Source: a virus (taxonomy: Duplodnaviria; Caudoviricetes). From it: 58,085 nt of DNA. Both the position numbers and the translations under genes were made by a program. Position 1 is the first letter of the stretch, and every line of letters starts with the position of its first letter. The notes under the pieces were generated by a model that saw only the letters and a program-made list of their open reading frames with translations, did not search any database and had not been told where the DNA came from. The stretch is taken from the IMG/VR virus record IMGVR_UViG_3300037840_000047, positions 1 to 58,085 of that record. One strand, given 5' to 3'. This document shows, piece after piece, positions 34,457 to 43,833 of the stretch.

Positions 34457-36699
34457 TGGCCGACCTCACTCCAGACCAAGCGATTGAGAAGCTGAAGGCG
34501 CTGCCCGAAGATAAGCAACGTGCAGTCCTGATGAAACTCTCGCCCGATGAGCGTAAGGGCATCCTTGGAAAACTGACCTCCACGCGGCCTCCTGTTGGCC
34601 AGCCACTACCGGGTTCTCCCAAGGGAACCGTGTACACCTTCCGGCAACCCAAGGAGTTCATGCAGCAAGCCTCCCAAGAATTAGGCGAGGCTACGATGGA
34701 GCAATTCGAGAAATCGGCTTCCAGTAAAACGCTTGCAGGACAACTGGGCCACGGGGCGCTCGCTACAATCCCCGCCATCGGTGAAGTCGCTACCAAGCTA
34801 GCAGCGGGTCTTATGGACTGGAGAACTGCCGCTGGCCTAATTATGAGCAAGGTGCATCCCGCGATTGGTGCTGCGTTCTTCGGTGCTCAAGGGGTTCGGG
34901 GTGCAAAAGAGGCTTACGACAAGATACAGAATGGCGATGTAACGCCTGAGAACGTGCAGAACTTCCTCTTGGGGCTTTCTACGGCTGCTGCGTCTGGAGC
35001 GGCTTCAGGCGCAGAGGGTGGGTTGAGCAAGGTAGGCTCACTGCGTCAAAAGGCATCCGCAATGATGGAAAAGGGTCGTCAGGGCGCTCAGATGGTTGCT
35101 GGAGCTACGCCAGAACGTACTACCGCCCCAATGGTAGAAGAATACAAAACGAAAAGCGCCGACGCCCAACAAAGACAGGTCGAAGAAAACCAGCAAACCG
35201 ATGCGGCGAATCGGCAAAAAGTTGAGCAATACCATGATGCCAAGCGGACGGCCTTTCAGAAAGGCGAGGAACAAAACGCAGAGCACGCCTTGTCGAAAGA
35301 AGAAATAACTCAAGCCAATTCTCAAGAGCAGGCAAGAGTCAGAGAGATCAACGATGCGGCACAGGGCCAGCAGGGACGGCGTTCGGAATTAGCTCAATCC
35401 ATAAAACAAGGCAGCCAGCAGCTCGGTGAGGGAATTAAGCATAAGGTTGCCGAGGTCCGAGCACAAGACAATGCAAACTATGCTGCCGTCAGGGAAAAGT
35501 TAGCTAGCGACGAGGGTGTACCGATGTCGGAGCTTGCCCAAGATGCCCGGACCGCAGAGGGAATGCTGAAGGGAACCACGGAGAACATTAAGCAGTTCCG
35601 GGAGCTCATTAAAAAGGCCCCTGAGTCGGAAGGTGTTGAGACCAGCGCTGGATTCGTAAAGCCCGGAGACCCGTTATTCGACCAGCTCCAGAGCGAAGGA
35701 GCTATTGATACAGGGGGAACTATACCTTTCGATGAGTTGCAGGGTTACTCCAGCGAAATCGGCATGAAGTTGGCAAAGGGTGGACTGCCGGGAGACGTTT
35801 ATCAAGCCCTAAAGTATCTCAAGGGAAAGATCGACGCTGCCAAAGTAACCATCGCGGAGCGAAACGGGGCAGGGACAGAACTGAAGAATGCAGACGCATT
35901 TCACTACAACTTTATGGATACGTTTTACGACAAGCCTAGCGCCGTAGCAGCCTCGCTGGATCGAGTCGGAAAATTAGACCCCGAATTCTACGCAGAGCCT
36001 TTTATTACGGGCAAGGCTGGGCAAACTGGCATAGCTAAACTTCAGAGATTCGACCCTAAACTGGCAGAGCTTGCAACGTCACTACGGAAATCGCATGAGG
36101 AATTCTCGGCCCTGCCGAAACAGGCGAAGACCGTGGCACCTAAACTGAAACCAGAACCATCTCCTCCATCGCCTATCGAACCACCGAAAAGGCCGGAACT
36201 TAAAGCGCCAAAGAAGATTGAGCAACCCGCCAAACTTACCATCGAAGACGTTAGAGGCAGGAAAGCGAAAGAAGTAAAGGCTTCCGCTAGGGAAATCGGT
36301 CGCCTCAGTCGGTACGATGCTGCAATCTTAGCTAGTTCCGCAGTCGGCCCCTTTCTTGGTCGCTGGGAAACCCTGCTCATTGACCCTGCATACTTGGTGG
36401 GCAGAAAGGCCATCGGAAGAATGCTAGATCGCCCTGCGGTCCAGCGCTGGCTTTCTGAACCTTCGCCAGAAGACATACGCATCCTCAACAGTTTGCCGCC
36501 TGAAGCCAAGACAGAAGTGCAGGGAGCGATTTCTGATTACGCTGCAAGTCACTCCATAAAAACCCTATCTCCAGAGGCTAGGCGCTTCCTTGGACAGCAG
36601 AACGTTGCCCGTATCCTAGCCGGAGCAGGGACGGGAGCCAACATCCCCCAAACCCCCGGAGAAGCCCGTGAGCGTATGAGGGCTGTCGCACCACAGTGA
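34456..36699 (+). CDS. ejection protein 3
   Basis: 747-aa helical protein with Gly/Ala hydrophobic segments. Confidence 0.5.
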   Translation: MADLTPDQAIEKLKALPEDKQRAVLMKLSPDERKGILGKLTSTRPPVGQPLPGSPKGTVYTFRQPKEFMQQASQELGEATMEQFEKSASSKTLAGQLGHGALATIPAIGEVATKLAAGLMDWRTAAGLIMSKVHPAIGAAFFGAQGVRGAKEAYDKIQNGDVTPENVQNFLLGLSTAAASGAASGAEGGLSKVGSLRQKASAMMEKGRQGAQMVAGATPERTTAPMVEEYKTKSADAQQRQVEENQQTDAANRQKVEQYHDAKRTAFQKGEEQNAEHALSKEEITQANSQEQARVREINDAAQGQQGRRSELAQSIKQGSQQLGEGIKHKVAEVRAQDNANYAAVREKLASDEGVPMSELAQDARTAEGMLKGTTENIKQFRELIKKAPESEGVETSAGFVKPGDPLFDQLQSEGAIDTGGTIPFDELQGYSSEIGMKLAKGGLPGDVYQALKYLKGKIDAAKVTIAERNGAGTELKNADAFHYNFMDTFYDKPSAVAASLDRVGKLDPEFYAEPFITGKAGQTGIAKLQRFDPKLAELATSLRKSHEEFSALPKQAKTVAPKLKPEPSPPSPIEPPKRPELKAPKKIEQPAKLTIEDVRGRKAKEVKASAREIGRLSRYDAAILASSAVGPFLGRWETLLIDPAYLVGRKAIGRMLDRPAVQRWLSEPSPEDIRILNSLPPEAKTEVQGAISDYAASHSIKTLSPEARRFLGQQNVARILAGAGTGANIPQTPGEARERMRAVAPQ

Positions 36700-37628
36700 A
36701 TCCCGAATCGCTCTCCTATTTCGAGACATGTCAGAGAAAAGGCTATTGGGGGCAATTCTGGGAGGCCCAGAGGCTTTCGGGTAAGGAAATGGCCGTCCGA
36801 GCCATCCGTGAGGCTGTAATCGCCCCAGAAGCTCAGGAAGCACCGTTTGGTGAGGTTGCTGGCAGCGCCGTACTCCAGTTGGCAGAGGATAGAGGTCTGG
36901 CCGTAGAGGGCAGGACCGTATACGCCGAAGTCATACATTATGCTGCCCTGAGCGATATTCTAGTTTCAGCCATCCGCAAGCCTAAAGACCGGCCATGGAT
37001 AGCGCCCCCAGAATTCCCTCCGGACTGCTTCCTTTCGTCAGACGGAAACTATCTCAGGCGCATCGTTCTAGTAAGCCACTGGACCGACAGCCGAAAGGAA
37101 AGCGAGGCACGTAGCTGGAAGTCCCTGGGTCTCATGGCGGAACACAACCTGCCCATGCAACTTGCAGTTCTCGTAATCGGGCAGAATAGGGCAGGGAAAC
37201 GACGTGGACCGTGGACCCAAGGCTACTTGCATCCTTCTAATCATCAACTTAGGTTCCGACGCAGAAAGGGTGGATTCCGCTCAGAGGGCAACCGCTTCAA
37301 GGAAACCTGGGAGCAAATTTACAGGGAGGACCATGCCGAAATCAGCAGAGAGACTTGGCTTCAGTCGATGCTTACCGACGATGTGTTGCCGGAGGTCTGC
37401 TTCTCCATAGAATTGCCCGTTCTTGAACCTCCTCATCGTCAAAGAATTCTTCAAATGGCGGAGCATAAATTAGATGCTCTGCACTCTCTGAAGGAGAAGC
37501 CGGATGCCCAACTATCGACGTGTGACTGGCCTGTAGCATGTCAGTTCAAGAAGTGCTGTCATGTTGAACCGGAGCGGGAGCCGTCTGAGAAACTTGGCTT
37601 TGTTCGCATCCAAACGTCTCAGGGCTGA
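36696..37628 (+). CDS. Cas4/AddB-like (PD-(D/E)XK superfamily) protein, possibly degenerate
   Basis: N-terminal SLSYFETCQRK and C-terminal CDWPVACQFKKCC staple pattern. Confidence 0.45.
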   Translation: MNPESLSYFETCQRKGYWGQFWEAQRLSGKEMAVRAIREAVIAPEAQEAPFGEVAGSAVLQLAEDRGLAVEGRTVYAEVIHYAALSDILVSAIRKPKDRPWIAPPEFPPDCFLSSDGNYLRRIVLVSHWTDSRKESEARSWKSLGLMAEHNLPMQLAVLVIGQNRAGKRRGPWTQGYLHPSNHQLRFRRRKGGFRSEGNRFKETWEQIYREDHAEISRETWLQSMLTDDVLPEVCFSIELPVLEPPHRQRILQMAEHKLDALHSLKEKPDAQLSTCDWPVACQFKKCCHVEPEREPSEKLGFVRIQTSQG

Positions 37629-38319
37629 AAAGGGCTTCGTAATCTGCACCTCCGGCACTCACTCCCCACTTCTGTCTCAAGTACGCTCTATCCATGTTGG
37701 CCTGTGCCTCGATCTCCATGCGCTCCTCGGGAGAAGCTAGGCGGATGGTAGAACTGCGTTCATGGTAATACGGAACTGACGCTTTGCAAAGTCGCACGCC
37801 GCGACGATGAGCGCGGATATGGAAATCTTGGTCGCTGGAATAGTGTTTCATTCCTTCGTCAAATGGTCCGACCTGTTGCCAGCATTCGCGGGTGATCAGG
37901 AAGCAGGAGAAGTCGGGGTTGTAAGTGATCGGGTCAACCTCGGGCGTTTGCATCGCCTGTTCCATATTGTCCACCGCCACGCCGGTTACAAAGGGCAGGC
38001 GATACTTCTGGCTTGTTTCCAAAAGAATGCGGTAGGTCCACGGGGCAAGTACGGTGTCGTTGCCGATTACCAGAACGTGTTCAACACTGCCCCACTTCAT
38101 CAATTCAGACAAGCCTTGGTTCCACCCCCTACTGACACCAGCATTGTCTGGCGATGCGTCGAAAAGCGTAAGGTTGCCATTGGCCCAATCCACTGTGCCA
38201 TCCGTGGACCCATTATCAATGATCTGAGTGCAAGTGAAAACGTCTTGCTTTCGCGTCGATTCTAGGCACCGCTTCGTCAGTTCCAAGTTGTTGTGTGTAA
38301 GGATGAGTACCGGATTCAC
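37546..38319 (-). CDS. GT2-family glycosyltransferase
   Basis: IIDNGSTDGT, NAGVSRGWNQG, GND, VGPFDE...SDQDF; GTG start with AGGAGG. Confidence 0.9.
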   Translation of the reverse strand: MNPVLILTHNNLELTKRCLESTRKQDVFTCTQIIDNGSTDGTVDWANGNLTLFDASPDNAGVSRGWNQGLSELMKWGSVEHVLVIGNDTVLAPWTYRILLETSQKYRLPFVTGVAVDNMEQAMQTPEVDPITYNPDFSCFLITRECWQQVGPFDEGMKHYSSDQDFHIRAHRRGVRLCKASVPYYHERSSTIRLASPEERMEIEAQANMDRAYLRQKWGVSAGGADYEALFSPETFGCEQSQVSQTAPAPVQHDSTS

Positions 38320-38843
38320 CGTACCGCCTCCTGAGCGAGAATCCACCAGTCCCTAGCCGCGTTCATTCCCGGAACGTTCCTCCAGTCAAACGGTTTGTAC
38401 TCGGCCCATGCAGGAATGGCATCGTAAAGGGCGTTTCGGAGCGAACTAGGGGTGTAATGCCACCTGTGTCTGTCAGTTTCAAGACCTTGGAAGGCTCCCA
38501 TTAGGTTTACCATGTAGATGTAGTCGTTAATCTTCCCTTCAAGCCAGTGAATCGCTAGAGCACGCACGTCAGGAATGAATATCAACAGAGAGCCACCCGG
38601 CTTGAGTAGCTGGTAGCACGGCTGAAACGGGAATTCTCCTAGCCCGAAATGTTCAACGATATGGTGACACACCACGTAGTCGGCATTGCCGTGGCCAAAC
38701 TTGCCGGGAAGGTCTTTAATGTCGCAGATCACGTCCGGAACTTGATCGGGAGGGCGGCTCACGATGTCTACGTTAACCCACTCAAAACCTTGCACCGACT
38801 CAAATCTTCGTTGGCCGCTGCCCAAGTTGTAACCAAGTTTCAT
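38316..38843 (-). CDS. class I SAM methyltransferase (type 11-like)
   Basis: YNLGSG, WVNVD, HIVEH, LLKPGGSLLIFIPD. Confidence 0.85.
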   Translation of the reverse strand: MKLGYNLGSGQRRFESVQGFEWVNVDIVSRPPDQVPDVICDIKDLPGKFGHGNADYVVCHHIVEHFGLGEFPFQPCYQLLKPGGSLLIFIPDVRALAIHWLEGKINDYIYMVNLMGAFQGLETDRHRWHYTPSSLRNALYDAIPAWAEYKPFDWRNVPGMNAARDWWILAQEAVR

Positions 38844-39520
38844 CTGAACAATCTCCTGTACATCTCCTTTTGAGGGCCATCGTTACTAGGGTTGCCATTG
38901 AAGTGAAGCGAGCAGGGCACGATTCCGGTCTTGATGTTCTTCACGCGCTGCCCGAATACGTCGATAGGGTCACCGCCGCTCAAGCTCTGGAATATCTGCG
39001 AATCTGCATCGAGGGCGAAATCTAGTTCCCCGCGCATCTTGGCCCACATCCACCATGCCTGCGAATTGTCGGCTCCAGGATGAATGCCACGGTACTTGTC
39101 GAGCAAATGCTTGAGGCACAACTGCGTGTATTCCCATGTGCCGATGTACTGCCCTGCATTGATGTAGCCCAAGGGGACGAAGTATTCCACGATCTCAGGT
39201 TCAGGAGGCCAGCAGTACCGCTCAGTAGACATAACGAGATCAGACTTGAAGGCCGTGAACTTCTCCAGAATCTCTTTCTCGCCTGCCAGAAACAGCACAT
39301 CTCGGCAGTCTGTGATCAGAACGTAATCTGCCAACTTTGTGCGCTGCACCATTAACTCGTAGAGCCTCAGGACTTGGGCATCTGCCCCGTGAGGGATGAA
39401 GGGCCACTGAATACCGTAGAGTTCCACGTTTAAGCCGTTGGCCCTAGCACTTTGCACCATGAGTTCAGCAGGCTCGGCGGTTTGGTAGAAACACGGACTA
39501 AGGACGATGAGATCACTCAA
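38840..39520 (-). CDS. PLOD/LH3-type glycosyltransferase domain protein
   Basis: LITDCRDVLF, STERYCWP, YINAGQYIG, LDADSQIFQSL, LHFNG; TTG start with GGAG. Confidence 0.8.
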   Translation of the reverse strand: MSDLIVLSPCFYQTAEPAELMVQSARANGLNVELYGIQWPFIPHGADAQVLRLYELMVQRTKLADYVLITDCRDVLFLAGEKEILEKFTAFKSDLVMSTERYCWPPEPEIVEYFVPLGYINAGQYIGTWEYTQLCLKHLLDKYRGIHPGADNSQAWWMWAKMRGELDFALDADSQIFQSLSGGDPIDVFGQRVKNIKTGIVPCSLHFNGNPSNDGPQKEMYRRLFR

Positions 39521-40094
39521 GGGGTGCTCTCCAGACCGTCGTTCTCCCGGCACGGTCAAGCAGTGACCATCCTTGGCTTTGGACGTACTTGTCGATGCAG
39601 TAAGCCACGGGTTCACAATCGCTGTCATGGAAGGCAGCTATGCCTCCGGGGACGACGTGCGGGAGCCAGTGCCTACAGTCTGGCTCGATACCAGGTAGAT
39701 CGTGCCAGCCGTCGATATGTAGGAAGTGCACTGCCTGCGTCCACGGCAACTCTGCTTGCTCGCTGGTCATCTTGTGCAGGGTGAAAGGTATGTCATTGAA
39801 GTGCTCAAGAATCATGGCGACGAACGTTCCGGTTGCACGCGCCTGATCCCATGACCAGTTATCAACCAGGTGAACCCTGAGGGACAATGTGTGCTGTAAC
39901 TGAAGGTAGAGTGAGGCAGACCGTCCGCCGTACACCCCGATCTCTACCACTGTAGAGCCTTCGCGGAGTTCAACAAGACGCATTGCCAGAGCGCGTAATT
40001 CATTCGTGGTGTAGGTGCAGTTCTGGTGATCTTCTGTGCCCTGACCTTCGATCTTGGCGGCAAAGGCTACGAGTTCATCGACGCTTTTCATCAC
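39513..40094 (-). CDS. class I SAM methyltransferase (Methyltransf_24-like)
   Basis: VEIGVYGGRS, LHIDGWH, VVPGGIAAFHD. Confidence 0.9.
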   Translation of the reverse strand: MMKSVDELVAFAAKIEGQGTEDHQNCTYTTNELRALAMRLVELREGSTVVEIGVYGGRSASLYLQLQHTLSLRVHLVDNWSWDQARATGTFVAMILEHFNDIPFTLHKMTSEQAELPWTQAVHFLHIDGWHDLPGIEPDCRHWLPHVVPGGIAAFHDSDCEPVAYCIDKYVQSQGWSLLDRAGRTTVWRAPLE

Positions 40095-40173
40095 ACCCCC
40101 AGAACACCCAGCCGATGAGTAACCCGCCGCTGAAGCAGGCCAGATTAAACAACACTTCCTTGATTTCCGTCAT
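40075..40173 (-). CDS. small membrane peptide (32 aa)
   Basis: MTEIKEVLFNLACFSGGLLIGWVFWGCDEKRR; ATGA coupling and GGAGG RBS. Confidence 0.4.
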   Translation of the reverse strand: MTEIKEVLFNLACFSGGLLIGWVFWGCDEKRR

Positions 40174-40949
40174 CTCGCCTCCCACGGCGGTCTTTCGGTG
40201 TATCCGCACGCCTTCCAGAACGGCTCCAGCCTTTCCCACTTCCCGTACAAAGCATGGCTATAACCGCCGTTGAAGTGCAAGATGCAGGGGTATTGCCCCG
40301 TTAGTTTGTTATAAATCCGCTGGTCCCGTAACTCGATCATGTCACCGAACATCTCTCCGTGGTCGGGTTTCGACCCGGCATTCATAAAGATTGAGCACTC
40401 GGTATCCAGTTTTAATTCTCCCGGATGGTGACGGATGAACTCACACCACCAGCCCGGGTCATCGTCTGGGAGTTCGTTATGCTCGTAGTCATTCCCGAGT
40501 TTGTAATTGTCTTGCATCCACCCTAATGCATCTGCCAAAGCCTTCGCCTCGCACAGTTGGCCGGGGGTGCCAATGTATCGAAATGGCTTCGTCATGTCCC
40601 AAGGCAGCCCTTCGTACCATGCCGCATAAGTTCCGAACACGTCGCATTGGGCCGAGAGCATCAGCGGCGGAGCGCCGTAGGCGTTGTACTTCTCTGCGAT
40701 CTCATCAGGCCCACCAAGGAACCAAGCGTCTCTCGCATCGGTATACATAATGTGCGACGTAGGGCAGGAAAGCGCCTCCTCTCGGAGCTTGTATATCTTG
40801 AGATGAGTCCAGCCGTTATAGACCTCATTCATAGCGTAAGGCCGGACGCTAAGACCGTGCTTCGCGGCGCTGGTGTCCAACATCCAAATAGGCTCTCGCG
40901 TCTCGAAAGCACACGGCACGGCTACGGTAATATCTTTTCCTGAAATCAT
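40170..40949 (-). CDS. second PLOD/LH3-type glycosyltransferase domain protein
   Basis: MYTDARDAWF, LKLDTECSIF, PCILHFNG. Confidence 0.75.
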   Translation of the reverse strand: MISGKDITVAVPCAFETREPIWMLDTSAAKHGLSVRPYAMNEVYNGWTHLKIYKLREEALSCPTSHIMYTDARDAWFLGGPDEIAEKYNAYGAPPLMLSAQCDVFGTYAAWYEGLPWDMTKPFRYIGTPGQLCEAKALADALGWMQDNYKLGNDYEHNELPDDDPGWWCEFIRHHPGELKLDTECSIFMNAGSKPDHGEMFGDMIELRDQRIYNKLTGQYPCILHFNGGYSHALYGKWERLEPFWKACGYTERPPWEAR

Positions 40950-41113
40950 TGGAACAGCCCCAGTTTGGCGAACTCACGAGCCGTTAGCTCTGCGGCACCC
41001 TTGTCCAAGCCAGAAATCAACTTCCTTCGGTTTTCGGTTTGTTTTTTACAGAGAGATAGATATTTACTGCGCGCTTTGATACGAGCCTTCTTCGCCTTCC
41101 CTTTTCTACTCAC
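40946..41113 (-). CDS. small basic protein (55 aa)
   Basis: (V)SRKGKAKKARIKARSKYL...; overlaps both neighbours. Confidence 0.45.
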   Translation of the reverse strand: MSRKGKAKKARIKARSKYLSLCKKQTENRRKLISGLDKGAAELTAREFAKLGLFQ

Positions 41114-41774
41114 AAATCACCCCCGGAGGACACTGTTGCTTAACCAATTCGTATCCCGGTATCTTCTGCCCAAAACTGTTTGTGATGCCCGTATTGACTA
41201 CCAAGGCCGGAGAGACTACGCCTAGCTTGTAGCCATCGGCCTTGAGTTTGTTCGTGAAATCGACATCTTCTGATTGGCAGACCTTGCCGGGAGGAGTCTG
41301 ACAAAAGGGGCCGTACTTATCCCAAGTCTCCCAAGACATCAGCATGGACTGGAGGGCCAAAGCGTTGACTTCCCGCACTTCGTATGCACCGTACACGGGC
41401 ACCGATGCCCCCGGCTGGTGATAGGGATGGTTGTATGCCCCGATTGCGCGATAACCGAAGTCGTAAGCCTTCTCGTAGCACTTGATTAGGATTGGCAGCC
41501 ACGTCGGGTAAAAGTACACGTCGTTGTCGGAAAGGTATAGGTAGTCTCCGCGCCCGTGGCGCAATTCACTTTCTCTAATGACCTGATTCCTAGCGGCTCC
41601 TGTTCCCTTGGATACCGTGTTCCTGATGGCGCTCTCGTCCATATAGTACGGTTCAGATGCATCGTCCAGAATGGTCACGTGGCGACTCTCGGGAGTGATC
41701 GAAGATCGCAGGGAGTCGATTGCCTGCTGCGTTAACCTGCGCCGGTTTCGCACCAGCATTGTGATATTAACCAC
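41106..41774 (-). CDS. GT2-family glycosyltransferase
   Basis: ILDDAS, GTGAARN, LSDNDVYF, SEDVDF. Confidence 0.85.
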   Translation of the reverse strand: MVNITMLVRNRRRLTQQAIDSLRSSITPESRHVTILDDASEPYYMDESAIRNTVSKGTGAARNQVIRESELRHGRGDYLYLSDNDVYFYPTWLPILIKCYEKAYDFGYRAIGAYNHPYHQPGASVPVYGAYEVREVNALALQSMLMSWETWDKYGPFCQTPPGKVCQSEDVDFTNKLKADGYKLGVVSPALVVNTGITNSFGQKIPGYELVKQQCPPGVICE

Positions 41775-41783
41775 GGGAACCTC

Positions 41784-41945
41784 TCATCGCGCCGGTATTT
41801 CGATTACGTTGTGTTTCCAGAAGTTCCACCAACGTCGCCCCTCGCAGGTGTATTGGTAGAAGAAATTGTAATCAAGTGGGTTATCCATCCCCATCCACAA
41901 CCGCCTACACCGAGTTAGAAGTAATCCACATTTGCAAGTTTTCAC
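41784..41945 (-). CDS. small hypothetical protein
   Basis: GTGA coupling with the radical SAM stop; AAGGAG RBS. Confidence 0.4.
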   Translation of the reverse strand: MKTCKCGLLLTRCRRLWMGMDNPLDYNFFYQYTCEGRRWWNFWKHNVIEIPAR

Positions 41946-43348
41946 TTCGTGCTCCTTAGGATGTGTTGCGGTAACTGCATTCCCATGCTGTGTTCATAGT
42001 TCAAAGCCGCCGCGCCGTGCGGGTACGGAATACCCAGCGTGGCCCTGACCTCTGATTCCAGATCGTCCCGCAATTCAACTAGCCGTTCCCGGTCAAGATA
42101 ATCAGTCCACACGAAGGACGTATATTCTCCGCTCTTGCCCTTGTAGTACCCGTGGCCTTCATTGAAGTTCAAATCCTCTGAGTACAGGGCATCACCATTG
42201 ATCTCGTAGCGGTACACGGGGCCAGAGAGATGCACGGCGGAGTCGTAATATGGAGTTCCGGGATAAACGGTAATCACCGTGCAGTCGAAGTCATCCGGCT
42301 TTTCTTGCAGGAGCCATTGCTTTGTGGCTTCAATCGTTTCTTCCGACTCTCCGGGATGGCCGATGCTCATCAAAGCTTTGACTTTTAAGCCGTACTTGTG
42401 TGCGGTTCGCAGCATGGCCGTATTGTCTTCCAGAGTCGCCTTTTTGTTAATATTCCGCAGGATGCGGGGGTGAGCAGATTCAAACCCGCACAGCAGCCAG
42501 CGGAATCCAGCGGCGTACATCGCTTCCGCCTGCTCCTCGGTAAACAGTTCCGCTTTGACGAATCCACGAAGCCTCCAATCTATGCCGGTCTGTGCAACAT
42601 CTCGCATGAGCGGCACTAAGCCCTTGTTTACGTTCAATTCATCGTCATAGAACATCATGCCCTCGACTCCATAGTGTTCGTGCAGGGATTTCATTTCCGC
42701 TACAACATCAACAGCAGTTCGTGTCCTGATGCGTCGTAACATCGGAGAAAACCGTCCTCCGCAAAAACCACACTCAAAGGGGCATCCGAGCTGGGAAACC
42801 ATCGTAAGAGCGCGTTTTCCATCGACGGAGTAATGGTAGCTGTCCATGTCAACGAGGTGTCGTGCTGGCCAGGGGCTTGCATTGAATTCCTCCGACGTAT
42901 TCCATAGTGGCGATTTCGGGTCATCCGCATCCACCAACCCAAACCACTTCACTGCCTGAAAGATTGCCTTTTCTCCATCTCCTGCAACTACGCAGTCAAA
43001 GGATTCTAGTAGATGCGCCAAGGCTGCTCTGGCTCTCTTGCTGCCACGTTTCGCGGCGGCATTGACAAGCGTGGCATGAGGTCCGCCAAGGACCGTTCTG
43101 CCCTGTAGCACGTTAGAAATGGCAACGGCCATCGGCATCTGTGGCGTCGTTGCCGTAATTGCGAAGATGTTCGCGCCCTGATAGTCCTGTGCGGCTTCCA
43201 CATAATTGGTCAACCCCGTTAAATCTAGGTGGTCCACTTCGTATCCGGCTTGCTCACACGCTGCGGCCACCTTGAGTATCCCTAGGCTTACGAAAACCCT
43301 TTGGTCTAGCAAGAATTCGGAAGGAGGTGTTATAAAACATATCCTCAT
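41942..43348 (-). CDS. B12-binding radical SAM protein
   Basis: SLGILKVAA, VLGGPHAT, GDGE, GCPFECGFC (CxxxCxxC), FYDDEL, GFES, YPGTP. Confidence 0.92.
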   Translation of the reverse strand: MRICFITPPSEFLLDQRVFVSLGILKVAAACEQAGYEVDHLDLTGLTNYVEAAQDYQGANIFAITATTPQMPMAVAISNVLQGRTVLGGPHATLVNAAAKRGSKRARAALAHLLESFDCVVAGDGEKAIFQAVKWFGLVDADDPKSPLWNTSEEFNASPWPARHLVDMDSYHYSVDGKRALTMVSQLGCPFECGFCGGRFSPMLRRIRTRTAVDVVAEMKSLHEHYGVEGMMFYDDELNVNKGLVPLMRDVAQTGIDWRLRGFVKAELFTEEQAEAMYAAGFRWLLCGFESAHPRILRNINKKATLEDNTAMLRTAHKYGLKVKALMSIGHPGESEETIEATKQWLLQEKPDDFDCTVITVYPGTPYYDSAVHLSGPVYRYEINGDALYSEDLNFNEGHGYYKGKSGEYTSFVWTDYLDRERLVELRDDLESEVRATLGIPYPHGAAALNYEHSMGMQLPQHILRSTK

Positions 43349-43833
43349 GCAGTTCTCGCAAATTCCCCTCGCAGGAGCTTCGCCGCCTGACAGTATGCAG
43401 CATAAGCATCCTCCTCAGTCGAGAAGCAGCCTAGAGTTTTCGGGATTCCTTCTATGGCTATCTGGGCGCACCACCTCGCTCTCGCCTTGTGCCAGCACAC
43501 CCCTTTGTATCGAGATCGACCACGCCTATTAGGTCTTCGGTTGGCCATATTTTGTGCTCTAGTCGCTACTCTAAGGTTATCTCTACGATTGTCCAATGTA
43601 GCTGAAGGCTCTTTATGATCTCCTTGAAGCGGGTTCCCGAATTCCAAACCGAGAATCAGTCGGTGCATCCATATCGAATGGCGTTTCCCGTTGACCGTCT
43701 CGGAATGTCTAACCGCGTAAAATGTCTGCGTTCCCTCGCACCAATGGGCGTTCCACTTCCATTGATTGAGCCATTCGTAGTCTTCGTCGTCAACTAAAGC
43801 TACCTGTCCTCTGGTTAGGTTAATTGTCTTCAT
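43345..43833 (-). CDS. HNH-AP2 homing endonuclease
   Basis: ALVDDEDYE, MHRLIL, DH...LDNRRDNLRVAT, SRYKGVCW...LGCFSTEEDA. Confidence 0.9.
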   Translation of the reverse strand: MKTINLTRGQVALVDDEDYEWLNQWKWNAHWCEGTQTFYAVRHSETVNGKRHSIWMHRLILGLEFGNPLQGDHKEPSATLDNRRDNLRVATRAQNMANRRPNRRGRSRYKGVCWHKARARWCAQIAIEGIPKTLGCFSTEEDAYAAYCQAAKLLRGEFARTA

